This document shows, one piece after another, positions 51,101 through 60,237 of a stretch of DNA of 61,113 bases. Below the pieces are notes generated by a model. That model saw only the letters and a list, made by a program, of their open reading frames with translations, was not told the origin of the DNA and made no database searches. Position 1 is the first letter of the stretch. Each line of letters begins with the position of its first letter. Source of the DNA: an uncultured Deinococcaceae bacterium (lineage in GTDB: Bacteria; Deinococcota; Deinococci; Deinococcales; Deinococcaceae); assembly GCA_964252075.1 (NCBI GenBank), contig CAXULY010000034.1, positions 1-61,113 on the forward strand, in the 5' to 3' direction. The position numbers and the translations under genes were made by a program.

Positions 51101-51566
51101 GCAGCCACGTCCCCTGGCACATGCCCGACTGTGGCTGACACGCGCGCAGGCCGCTGCCCCTGCGGAGGCGCTGGCGCTCGCGGACCGCGCCGTCGCGCTA
51201 GCGGCGGCCAGCGACCTGGGCGGCATCGAGTTGGCCGCGCACGCGCGCGCCGCGCAGGCGCTCCTCAACCTGGGGCGCCTGCAGGACGCGCTGGTACGCG
51301 CCCGGCAGGCCGCGGCCCCGCTGGACACCCTCGTGCCGGACGTCATCACGACCGGGGAGGCGCTCCTCACGCTGGCGCGTGCTCTGGCTGCGGTGGGTGA
51401 CGCGGGCGCTGCGCACGCCGCTGCGCGTGCTCAGGCGTGGCTGCAGGGCGTGAGGGACCACCTGGACGCCCCGCACCGTGCGAGCGTCCTGCGTCATCCC
51501 ACCCACCACGCCATCGCCCAGCTGCGCACCGGCGAAACCGCGCCTCAGGGCTCGTCCCGCGCCTGA
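48159..51566 (+). CDS. SARP/AfsR-like regulator (wHTH-BTAD-AAA-TPR)
   Basis: RARLVGLLWPD...ARNNL; DPVSEDAHRQVMRL; GEPGAGKT; VVADDWQ; GGNPLFVLE; C-terminal TPR-like repeats (ANLSNLGVIL, AALSNLAV, HGNLGQI). Confidence 0.92.
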   Translation: MNTTAWQYRVLGRIELHSPEGAPVRLERKVAACLTYLALEGPTHRARLVGLLWPDSPEGTARNNLSQMLRKLRLAAGTDLIGGSDVLALSSTVTVDALQVRDAATQGAVTAVLTHPGELLPGLTYDDCPDLDDWLTAERERHLEARAGALRAEIARLERAGEYTEALAHARTLLDQDPVSEDAHRQVMRLHYLRGDRPAALRAYHHCREVLRRTFDVDPLPETVQLARDIDRGQGPAVAAPKVASLPLSVLRPPTLVGREREWAAMERAWAAGQVIVLRGEPGAGKTRLAVDFAASRGAFVVHPGRPGDASQPFASTARHARTARARRPDAPLPDWVRREVSRIVPELAQTGEVALPMTDEADLLRYREASRAYYAALYDDLACVVADDWQCYDASSIQDSTYVFASSFPLGAPGDLPRVIITYRRGELSAGHEALLAQFTAQGHAVLLDVEPLPGADLALLMDDLGVPEDTAGRARLAAATGGNPLFVLETVKHLMEIGRFAGGLPEPLPLPGKVGQLIERRLSLLTPAALQAARAAAILQRDFDVELVAAVLHAPLFDAVRAWEELEAAQIVRGERFSHDLLYDTIRSGIPSSVRAMLHRNAARALEAAGAEPARVARHWLDGGRPAQAAPLLRVAADEVRARYGLAESAALLEGAAAAFAASDDPDAAFEALQARAETLGHLDDRAAREAALREAFHAASTPLQRARVWQLQADLHLAYHEGEASEAAAREGLALLAHDPLPGAALLEQRANLEACVGAALWVQGRMPEAAEALRRVVGTQEALGESLDLAANLSNLGVILDHLDQHREATVVHRRACLLMERQGDWANLNAALSNLAVSLLDQGAARAALEAALRAQALEERVGDRHAGAMLVHGNLGQIHHALGRYDLALHHYRQATRQAREGTWHAGFMQALTAQTLLVLGDFTGAAEHLALALAQTGMPGAYRARALLTGASLAQLRGEDPQPLLSAAQDAQGTQPRPLAHARLWLTRAQAAAPAEALALADRAVALAAASDLGGIELAAHARAAQALLNLGRLQDALVRARQAAAPLDTLVPDVITTGEALLTLARALAAVGDAGAAHAAARAQAWLQGVRDHLDAPHRASVLRHPTHHAIAQLRTGETAPQGSSRA

Positions 51567-51606
51567 GGTGCGCCGTCGGGTGGTCCGCGACGCTTGAGCG
51601 ACCCCC

Positions 51607-53097
51607 TCAGTGTTCGGGCATCTCGTCCGGTTCCACCACGAACGTGCCCAGCATTGGGGGCGCGGCGACCACCCGGACCAGGTCCTTCACGAAAGGCTGC
51701 ACGCGGTTCTCCACCACGGCCTTCAGCACCTCGCGCGCCACCACCAGCGGATCCATGGTGCCGCGCGTCATCGCGGACCGCATCTGCGCGAGCACCCGGG
51801 TGTCCAGGTACCGGCCGGCAAGCAGGCCGAGGCGTTCCATGGCGTACTCCACCTGCGCGTCGATGCCCTGCTCGCGCAGCTGCTGCTCGTGCGCGCGCAG
51901 CGCGCGGTCCGCTTCCTCCTCGTCGTGATCGGCCCGCTGGCGCTGCTGCGCCGCCCGCTGCGCCTCCGCGTGCTGCGCGGCGACCGCGGGTCGAAAGTCG
52001 GGCGGGTCCGGGTACTTGCCGTGCTCGTCTTTCAGGAGGTCCACCACGAACCCTGGCTTGCTGTTCGGCTTGTACCCGCGCTGCAGGAGGAACTCCGCTT
52101 TCGTGAGGCGGTCCTCGAACGCCCCCTCACCGAGTTTGCGCATCAGGTCCCGCGCGACGGGCAGGCCTACCCCGTGCTTGGCGGCGCGCTGCACCAGCAA
52201 ATCCACCTTGGACGGGCCGTCCCCGAACACGTACTCCACCACCTGCGCGGCACCCCGCCCGATGTACTCCGCGCTCACCAGATACCCGTTCGCGATGAGC
52301 TCCTCGTGCGCGGGGTCGAGCGCGCGGCGAATGCGCTTGGCTTCCACAAAATTCAGTTTGCATTCCTGCGCCCACTCGACCAGGTTCACGCGCAGCATCA
52401 CGGCGGCGAGGTCCGGGTGCGTCGGGTCGTACCGTTTCGCGTCCAGCAGCCGGTACAGCGCGCGCGCCAGGGGCCGCTCGATCCGCGAGAGGAGCTCCAT
52501 ATCGAGGGGCTTGAGGAACTTCGCGCGGATGCTCTTCACGATCTGGCGCGCCAGTTCCATGCGGATGACGGTGCCGCGCCCGACATTCTCGTGCTCCCCG
52601 GAGTACGAGAGCTGCTCCAGGTGGCTGAACGTCACGGTCGTCCACTGCCGCTTGTCGTGGTCCCGCCACGCCTCTTTCGCGGTATACACCGCGGTGCGCA
52701 GGCGGTGCAGGCTGTTGTGCAGGTTGGTGTACGACCGGCCGTTCGGGTCGATGCCGGCGCGCTTCAGGATGGCGTGGGCGGTGACGGTCAGCTCGCCGCT
52801 CTGTGGGGCGCCTGCCTCGATGAACAGGTCAAGGATAGCGTTGATGATGTCACTGTCGAGGCCGTGCGGCACCCCGCCGTACTCCTTGTGGGCGATGCAG
52901 GTGAGCTTCGCGGGTTGCCCGTCAATCTCGAAGTTCGATTCCCAGCGGTAAAAGTCGTCAGGGATGCGCTCCTGGATGGAGATCAGGCCGAGACGGGCAA
53001 GGTTGAGCTCGTCAAGGCGCTGCCGAAGCTCGATCCGCCCTTCGGCTCGACTGTTGCCCTGACGCCCTTCTGGTTTGGCTGGCTTCGTCCCACTCAA
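51607..53097 (-). CDS. plasmid replication initiator protein (Rep 2)
   Basis: DELNLARLGLISIQERI...GGVPHGLDSD...SLHRLRT..Y....WRD...RALYRLLDAKRY...RRALDPAHEELI; adjacent iteron array. Confidence 0.87.
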   Translation of the reverse strand: MSGTKPAKPEGRQGNSRAEGRIELRQRLDELNLARLGLISIQERIPDDFYRWESNFEIDGQPAKLTCIAHKEYGGVPHGLDSDIINAILDLFIEAGAPQSGELTVTAHAILKRAGIDPNGRSYTNLHNSLHRLRTAVYTAKEAWRDHDKRQWTTVTFSHLEQLSYSGEHENVGRGTVIRMELARQIVKSIRAKFLKPLDMELLSRIERPLARALYRLLDAKRYDPTHPDLAAVMLRVNLVEWAQECKLNFVEAKRIRRALDPAHEELIANGYLVSAEYIGRGAAQVVEYVFGDGPSKVDLLVQRAAKHGVGLPVARDLMRKLGEGAFEDRLTKAEFLLQRGYKPNSKPGFVVDLLKDEHGKYPDPPDFRPAVAAQHAEAQRAAQQRQRADHDEEEADRALRAHEQQLREQGIDAQVEYAMERLGLLAGRYLDTRVLAQMRSAMTRGTMDPLVVAREVLKAVVENRVQPFVKDLVRVVAAPPMLGTFVVEPDEMPEH

Positions 53098-53123
53098 GGT
53101 AGAGCCATCATACCGAACCGCCT

Positions 53124-53186
53124 GAAGATGATTTTCTTTTGTTGATCTGCTGTTTATTGTTGATTAAAAAAATGATCATCATCAGG
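53124..53186. other. AT-rich putative DNA-unwinding element of ori 2
   Basis: GATGATTTTCTTTTGTTGATC...TTGATTAAAAAAATGATCATCATCAG between rep 2 and its iterons. Confidence 0.6.
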
Positions 53187-53230
53187 CCAGGGCTGGGGTC
53201 ACGACCAGAACAACATCCAGGTACCTGTTA

Positions 53231-53748
53231 TGGGACGAGATGCCCGAATAAACAGCCTGAAAAGAGGACGAGTTGCCCGAACTGTTGTGGGATTTATGGG
53301 ACGAGATGCCCGAATCGCACCTATGGATATGGACAAGGCGCCCGAATGTAGTGGGACAAGATGCCCGAACAGCGTGGTCACCCATCGGACGAGTCGCCCG
53401 AATGCTTTCGTGCCCGATGGGACGAGATGCCCGAACAACAAGGCGTATCTTCCACCACCTCGTTCGGGCATCTTGTCCTGGCGTCAATCAGGTCCATCAA
53501 CGCCGGATTCCGTGTGAATGACCCGATGTTGGGCATTAGAGCAACTCACACGGTTATCCTATGCACCATCCAATGGGACGAGATGCCCGAATTGCTTCCT
53601 CTCTTGCATCGCAATCGGACGAGTTGCCCGAATCCGTGATTGCTCGTTAAGCGGTTGGGGAACAGCAGGAGCCGAACATCTGCCCCACGTATGGGACGAG
53701 ATGCCCGAACCCAGACGGGCGCTCCGTACATGGAACGAGTTGCCCGAA
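53231..53748 (+). repeat. iteron array of ori 2 (about 12 x TGGGACGAGWTGCCCGAA)
   Basis: Copies at 53231, 53264, 53297, about 53329, 53352, 53385, 53418, 53463 (inverted), 53574, 53615, 53692 and 53731; the first seven are spaced about 33 or 22 bp. Confidence 0.9.
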
Positions 53749-54655
53749 GAATTCGCTGTGTGCCCTTTACGTTGCGCTCTGCAAACAGCGCAGGCGAATA
53801 GTGTGGCCTGCATGGCAAAGCGCGTTCGGCACAAGTGTGGCACCGCCTCAAGAGTCTTACCATAAAAGGGGAATGCGCCGACCGGGTCAGACGGGAGTGG
53901 GGCTGACCTAAAATGGACCGACGCTGAGTCTTCCGCATGTTCACGTGGCTTGTGGGCAGAGCCTCTCCCCTACTCCAGGCGCGCCTTGACCATTACGGTC
54001 CGTGCACAGCCTTCGTTGCCTTGAAAAAGGGCCCGGATGTCACGCCATGAATTGTTTGGTCCCTGTAGCCCCTGCGCGCCGCCACCGACACAACCGAACC
54101 CTGCTCATCGCGTGGGCGCTGGGAACCCATGTCTTGGCATGTGCGCCTTACAGCGCTCGCAAGGAACGTAATTATTGGTCTGCGTCTGAGTTGAACATAA
54201 ACCTCCACCTCTGCTGGAGCGTTTGTCGGGGATAAGCAACCTGCAACCGTGAAGGACTTGAGCGGCGTGATCGAAAAGCGCCTGCGGTAGGAGGCATTGC
54301 GCGCGTACCACCGAACCGCCCGTGCTTCCAGAGCAACCCAGCCACGTCAAGCGGTCCGGTCGCCTATCTGGGGTGCCGTTTCAATTGGTTCCCGGGCCTT
54401 TTGGACACTCAATCGACTTCGCCCTGGGCACACTTCTCCCCTGCTACCTCGGTGAGGCCCAGCATCAGATTCAAGGATAGCAGCCAGACGCAAATGACGG
54501 TTCGTGAATGGGCCACTCGGTGTACGGGAGTGAGAAGGGCAGAGCGCCATGCCCCGCACTTGCCTCCGAGGTTTCTGTTACGGCACCGAGCGTCATACCC
54601 CACCAAAGGGTGGGTCCGGGACAGCTGTAGAGCCGGAAACCTGACGAAAAAGCCC

Positions 54656-54690
54656 TTGCATGGGAAGGTTTAAACATTTATGGTGAGCCA
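54656..54690 (+). promoter_or_regulatory. parA promoter with a palindrome in the spacer
   Basis: TTGCAT-17 bp-TATGGT-6 nt-ATG; GTTTAAAC at 54668..54675. Confidence 0.65.
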
Positions 54691-55716
54691 ATGAGCACAC
54701 CGGCGCTGCTGACCCTCGCGGAGGAAGTGTCGGCCAAAGCACTGCGACCGAGCCTCACCGACATCCTGCAGGATGTGCAAGGGGGCAAGGTGTACATCGT
54801 CACGCAGTACCACAAGGGCCTGGCGGCGCTCGTCCCCCTGCCGCAGTTTTACGATCTGTGCCGCCTGCAGGCGGCGGGCCACAGGCCACCGGGAGGCAGC
54901 ATGAACCGAATAGTCGTGACCAACCTGAGCGGTGGTGAGGGAAAAACCACCATTGCCCGCGAACTCGGGGTGAACCTCAGCCAGCGCGGCTACCGTGTGC
55001 TGCTCGTTGACGTGGACCCGCAGGCGAGCCTCACCAAGAGCCTCGGGCTTCACAGCCGCGCCGACGGGTCATCGAAAGCACCGGGTGAGGTCCTCGCGAA
55101 CACCGTACTGAGCGTGCTGATGGACGAGGAGGCCCCTCTTCCCTCCCCGCTGCAGGCCTTCGGCATGGACGTTATCCCCGCCAACGGCGGTCTTTCGCGT
55201 GGTGATTCGGTGCTGTACAGCGACGCCGCGCTGCTAGGTAACCTGAGGGCCGCGCTGGACCGGCTGGACGGCTACGACTTCATCATTCTGGACACCACCC
55301 CGGTCCGCACGGCGCTGCTGGTCGCTGCGGTCGCCGCCGCCGATCACGTCATCGTGCCGGTCGCGAGCGGCAAGGGCCTCACCAACTTCGACGAGCTGCA
55401 GCGCGTCGTGGAGAGCGCCCGGAACTTCAGCCCGCGGCTCGGTATTCGACTGTTCGTGCAGAACTGCTACGCCAACACCCTCCACGACCGCGACCTGCGG
55501 ACGCTGCTCACGAGCGATCCGAACTTCACGGCGGTCGCTGGCGTGAGCACGCCCATCACCTTCCGCAAGGCGGTCTTCAACGATGCGATGACCAGTGAAC
55601 TCATGCCGGTCAGTTACCAGCGTCCGACCAGTGCGGCCGCCGCCGAGCTGCGCGTGATGACCGACGAGGTGCTCGCCGCTGTTGGCATGCCGCGTCTGGA
55701 GGCGGCGTCCTCGTGA
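54691..55716 (+). CDS. parA: ParA partition ATPase with N-terminal Phd/YefM-like domain
   Basis: NLSGGEGKTT, VLLVDVDPQASLT, YDFIILDT; 70-aa N-terminal extension; second RBS (GGGAGG) before M at 54901. Confidence 0.9.
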   Translation: MSTPALLTLAEEVSAKALRPSLTDILQDVQGGKVYIVTQYHKGLAALVPLPQFYDLCRLQAAGHRPPGGSMNRIVVTNLSGGEGKTTIARELGVNLSQRGYRVLLVDVDPQASLTKSLGLHSRADGSSKAPGEVLANTVLSVLMDEEAPLPSPLQAFGMDVIPANGGLSRGDSVLYSDAALLGNLRAALDRLDGYDFIILDTTPVRTALLVAAVAAADHVIVPVASGKGLTNFDELQRVVESARNFSPRLGIRLFVQNCYANTLHDRDLRTLLTSDPNFTAVAGVSTPITFRKAVFNDAMTSELMPVSYQRPTSAAAAELRVMTDEVLAAVGMPRLEAASS

Positions 55717-56672
55717 GCGCCAACCGCCGCCGCGGCCTGGCCGCTGGCCTGAACGCTTCGGGCTCCACCGCCAGCCCACTGAACGTTGCAGATTTGGTCA
55801 GCGGCCGTGATGCCGAAGGAGAGGCGCTGAGGCGGGCGCCTGAGACGAAGGTGGCGATGGAGCGCCTGCGGGGCCCACTGGAGAACCCACGCGGCCAGTT
55901 CGGGCCGGACCCCTTCACACAAAAGCGTCTGGAGGCGCTCGCAGAGAGCATCAGAGAGCAGGGCCTGCTGCAACCGCTGCTGGTGCGGCCCGTGCTCGAC
56001 GGCTACCAGGTGGTGGCTGGCGAGCGCCGCTGGCGCGCCGCTCAGCTCGCTGGCCTGCAGGACGTCCCAGTCGTCGTGCGGAACCTCACAGATGACGAAG
56101 CGTATGAGCTGGCCGTGATGGAGAACATGCAGCGGGAGGACATGGCGATGGTGGATATCGTCATGGCACTCTTCAGGCTCACCGCACGTCGCACGGGCGT
56201 GCCGTTCAGCGAGGTGCCCGCCCTATTCACCGCGCTGAAAAACGGCACTGCTCAGGACGAGTGGGGGCTAAGCGCCCTCCTGAAAGCGCTGTTTGGCGAG
56301 CGCGGCTCATCGTTCAGTACTGTGGCGCAGCAGTATGCCCGGTACCTGCGCCTGACCCCGACGGAAGTGCAGGTGTTACGGGAGCGCACGCTGACGGACG
56401 CAGTGGTGCTGGCCCTCACAGCCCTGCCGACGGATCACCCGGCGCGTGCGGACTTGCTGGCCCGGGCACAGGCGGAGCAGCTCACCGCCCGACAGGTTAC
56501 ACAGGCTGCCAAACTCGCTCTGTACGGCCAGTCGCACCACCCGAACCTGAAGCGGGAAGTCCGCACCCTTCGCCAAGCACTCCCGAGGCTCCAATTCCTT
56601 CAAGGTGCGCAGGCAGAGCAAGCCGCACAGCTCATTCAGAAGCTCCTAACGCTCACCCAGAGCGGCTCCTGA
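55713..56672 (+). CDS. parB: ParB/Spo0J partition protein
   Basis: NPR, LAESIREQGLLQPLLVRP, VAGERRWRAA, ENMQRED; overlaps the parA stop. Confidence 0.93.
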   Translation: MSANRRRGLAAGLNASGSTASPLNVADLVSGRDAEGEALRRAPETKVAMERLRGPLENPRGQFGPDPFTQKRLEALAESIREQGLLQPLLVRPVLDGYQVVAGERRWRAAQLAGLQDVPVVVRNLTDDEAYELAVMENMQREDMAMVDIVMALFRLTARRTGVPFSEVPALFTALKNGTAQDEWGLSALLKALFGERGSSFSTVAQQYARYLRLTPTEVQVLRERTLTDAVVLALTALPTDHPARADLLARAQAEQLTARQVTQAAKLALYGQSHHPNLKREVRTLRQALPRLQFLQGAQAEQAAQLIQKLLTLTQSGS

Positions 56673-56680
56673 TCCTCACC

Positions 56681-56800
56681 ATCGCCCGTTATCCAAACTC
56701 TGGATAGCGGGCGATGTGGTTCAGCCACTGCCGGAACTATAGGCTGCTGCGAACCACTAAAGACAAAAAATCGTGGGCTATCCAGGCTTTGGATAGCTCA
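56681..56800. repeat. two TATCCA-N5-TGGATA palindromes (candidate parS)
   Basis: ATCGCCCGTTATCCAAACTCTGGATAGCGGGCGAT (56681..56715) and TGGGCTATCCAGGCTTTGGATAGCTCA (56774..56800). Confidence 0.55.
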
Positions 56801-58115
56801 TGTGTGGCTTGTGAGTTAATTGTTCCTATCAACGTTAGTAGCAAGCAACGGAATGTCGCACTCTTCGATGCAGCCGAACGCCCTTCCGCTGCATCAAGGG
56901 CCGTTTACTTGACTCGACACGTTCACGCATCAACACGGATGGAAATGAAGCAAGGGAGTGCGCCGCCTGCAACCATATTGTGAGGGTACAGTCAAAGGAT
57001 ATATGGTCCTTGTAGACAGAACCTGTCGTGGCATGCTTGTTGGGCTCTGTGGGCCAACTGGTAAGAACGCCCGGTCACGAGCGTTACGGTGAATCATTGC
57101 GGGACACTCGCTTGAAGTCAGCGTTCTAGTTGCATATTAATTGGGCTCGTGATGTGCAGCGCGCTCTGAAACGCCGGGGCGCCACAGAGGGGCACAGAGA
57201 GTGGACGCTGTGTCTCAGCTGTGGCATGGAGAGTGCTATCAGCACAAATTACGTGGTGCTCGGCAAAGTGTAAGCAGGCTCCGCTACAAGGGCCTTCTAT
57301 TTTACCGAAGAAGTTGGCTGATCAACCGCGGGACGCATTCGGTGAGCCTCGACAAGGGCATACAAGGGTCATTCACTGCGATCTTTACGCGGCCCGCGAG
57401 ATGAATCGCAGGCGCTCCTTCTTACATTCAGCGAGCAGGATACGTGGCGCTGGCCAAAGCAACGGTGCTTCCCGAAACTCCAAGGAGCATGTAAGGACGG
57501 CCGTTGGCGGGGCCGTGTCACACGCAAAAATTTCTACCCACTGGGCCCTACCTGGATGCCGATTTAAGACAGTGGAGAAACCACCTAACGGTCCACAATT
57601 ATGCAATTCCAACATTTTGGAGGAAACGTCTTGGCGGCAAACCCTTCGGTGCTCTGTGCCCGACTGCTGACCAGCGCCATATTGAACGCAGAGACCCGCA
57701 AAATAAATATGAGTATGACGAAGGTTGGGGAATGCACCACCGCTCGCCTTGTATCGCGGTAGGCCGCCCGGCACCAATAGGGATGGCACATTATTTGGCA
57801 GGCGCATAAGTCTGGAAAGTCTTCCACATACGCAAGTGACACATGCCGCCCTTGGAAACCAAACCTCAACTGACCGTGAATGCTTACGGAAACATTGACG
57901 TCGAGGCGGTATCAATTCGTACGACAACTTGTTCAGGTGAGTTTAGGTGCCAAGACGTAAGAGCTTAGAGCAGCGAAGCAGCTGTTTGGTAGACCTAGCT
58001 TTCATGTTTGTGGGAGGGACTGCAGAGTTGGCACTCCAAGGTCAATGAGTCTCTGCCATAGAGAGGTTGGGAAAAACCGCTTCCACACGAAAGGGCTGTT
58101 TGTTACCGTACTCGC

Positions 58116-58328
58116 ATGGCAGACGAGGACGCGGTACGGGTGCGCCCAGTCGACCTAACACGGGCCGCCAACCTGTTCGTGATTGAATTGCCCAAGGGGG
58201 CATCTATCCCTTCCATGGGAAGCGCAATAGGGCATGACGGGAACACCTTTGTGGTTGTGGGCATCCTGCACTTCGGGCGGGAGGATCGGCCAGTGCTGCT
58301 GGGCGAAGTGAGGCCCACCTCAGAGTGA
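58116..58328 (+). CDS. small hypothetical protein (probably leaderless)
   Basis: TACCGT-6 nt-ATG; globular-looking 70-aa sequence. Confidence 0.5.
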   Translation: MADEDAVRVRPVDLTRAANLFVIELPKGASIPSMGSAIGHDGNTFVVVGILHFGREDRPVLLGEVRPTSE

Positions 58329-58733
58329 CGTACCGCATGTCGGATGGCATTCACCTCAATGACCTGAACCGCCATTGATGCCGCCGCGCAAATTTGGATC
58401 AGTCATACCTTGCCGCTACAGGGGCCAGTCTTCAAACTCGTACCGACTGAGGTGCATCACTCTGGGAGGTTCAGGTGGCGCAGACCTAAGCGCGCCAAGA
58501 CCAGACAGTGGATCGCTAGCCGTATCCGGACGAAATGCTCTAGGTATAGCGATAGCGATATTTTGACTTGCCCTGATTTCGATTGCGTTCCGCGTGTGAA
58601 TTGGGGAGACCTCTGACGCACAACGGGCAAGGGCACCGGAGCGCCTGTCGCGGGGCGCTGAAGCGTTCTGACAGAGGACACACCTAAAGGTCGCTGCAAG
58701 GCCAAGGACCGCACCGCGCGTCACCATGGAGTC

Positions 58734-59834
58734 ATGGCCGTCGTGACCACGCTGCTCGGCGTGCTGTTGTTCCTGCTGCTCATCTACGATGTGTACGCGA
58801 CCGTCATCATCCCGCGCGGCCCTGCTGGGCCTATCGCCCGGCGGCTTTACGCGACAAGTTGGCGGCTCTGGCATGCCCTGGTCGGACACGATACCGCCGT
58901 CGCGCGGCGGCGCCTGTCCCGCCTCGGACCGCTCCTAATCCCCATGACGGTCGTCATGTGGGCCATCATGCTGATTCTGGCGTTCACCCTGATCAGCCTG
59001 CCCAGCGCCGACGACTTCCTGGTGTCCGGAAAGCTGGTGTTCCCCGCCTGGTTTAAGGCTCTGTACGTGAGCGGATACAGCGTGACCACACTCGGGGTGG
59101 GGGACATCACACCCAGCGGCATGCCGCTGCGCCTGGTGATGATCCTTGCGGGGGCCACGGGTTTCATCCTTATCACGGTCGCCGTCACATACCTGCTGTC
59201 CGTGTACGGCACATTGGACCGCGTCACCTCCCTGGCCTTTGAGATTCACCGTTTTGTGGGACGGGCCGAAGGGGAGACGCCCGCCATGATGGTCACCGCC
59301 GCGGTTCGCAGCGACAGCACGGGCGAGTTGAGCGAGTGGCTGGCCAGCACCGCGTCCACCCTGTCAGAGGTGGTGCAGGCCGAGGAGGAATTCCCACTGC
59401 TGCATTACTTTCACACCGCCAACGAGCGGGCGTTGCCCCTCGCGCTGACGGACCTCATGGAGATCGTGACCGTGTGCCGGTCGCTGCTCGACCCGTCGTC
59501 CTTCCCGCAGCTCGCGGACGGCATTGTGACGCGTGGAACGGAACGCATCGTGCGGGGGTATTTCGTGGCGCTCAATGCCAAATTTCCGAAGCGGACGCTG
59601 GACGAAGCGGCCGTGACGCGCATGCGCCGCGCCACCTTCGAGCACGCCTGGACCACCCTGAATGGCGCTGATGTGGCGGTGCGCCCGCGCGCGCAGGCGT
59701 GGGAGGCGTACGAGCGACGTCGCCAGGCATGGGACCGCGAGAGTGTCGCACTCTGCCTGCAGCTAGGGTACCCCGTCCGGAATGCGTGGCGGGGGGCACC
59801 GCAGCAGCAGGACGCGATCACGCTGGACTGGTGA
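58734..59834 (+). CDS. two-TM ion channel (K+ channel family) protein
   Basis: ALYVSGYSVTTLGVGDITP pore motif with flanking TMs; C-terminal FPLLHYFH domain. Confidence 0.82.
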   Translation: MAVVTTLLGVLLFLLLIYDVYATVIIPRGPAGPIARRLYATSWRLWHALVGHDTAVARRRLSRLGPLLIPMTVVMWAIMLILAFTLISLPSADDFLVSGKLVFPAWFKALYVSGYSVTTLGVGDITPSGMPLRLVMILAGATGFILITVAVTYLLSVYGTLDRVTSLAFEIHRFVGRAEGETPAMMVTAAVRSDSTGELSEWLASTASTLSEVVQAEEEFPLLHYFHTANERALPLALTDLMEIVTVCRSLLDPSSFPQLADGIVTRGTERIVRGYFVALNAKFPKRTLDEAAVTRMRRATFEHAWTTLNGADVAVRPRAQAWEAYERRRQAWDRESVALCLQLGYPVRNAWRGAPQQQDAITLDW

Positions 59835-60237
59835 CAGGACGCGGGTTGGCGCGACAGCCGGAATTCTGAGTAGGGAAGAGGGGATGTGGCGCTTTGCCGC
59901 GGGGGCGAACACCGCGCCGCAGCACCTTCACACCATGGACATTACGGACGGCCCGATGGTCACCGTCACTCAAGACTTCAATCCCAAGCTCAGTCACGCC
60001 ATGCAGGTCAGCCGCCGCTTCATAAACTCGCCTGCCCTCACAAGCGTTGCGGTTCACCTCGCGGGCGTCGGGACGACCACGACAAAGGGCGCAGCGCGAA
60101 GGTATCTGATCGGCAAGGCGGAATTCTCGAACGCCATGCGTATGGTGTCCAACCGCAAACCCACATTCATGCGGGTGAGGTGAACACCAGCGCGCCGCTC
60201 ACGCGCTGCGACGCCACCTGCGTTCAAGTGGCGGCAA

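Noticed and set aside
53231..53748. Second repeat array read as CRISPR, or as ORFs with WDEMPE repeats
   Set aside because: 18-bp repeats with gaps as short as about 5-15 bp next to rep 2; the peptide repeats are translation artefacts of the iterons.
54691..54900. Stand-alone toxin-antitoxin module
   Set aside because: The Phd-like segment has no stop before ParA, and no toxin ORF is adjacent.
59782..60183. 133-aa ORF after the channel gene
   Set aside because: No clear start signal or recognisable motif; cannot be supported.
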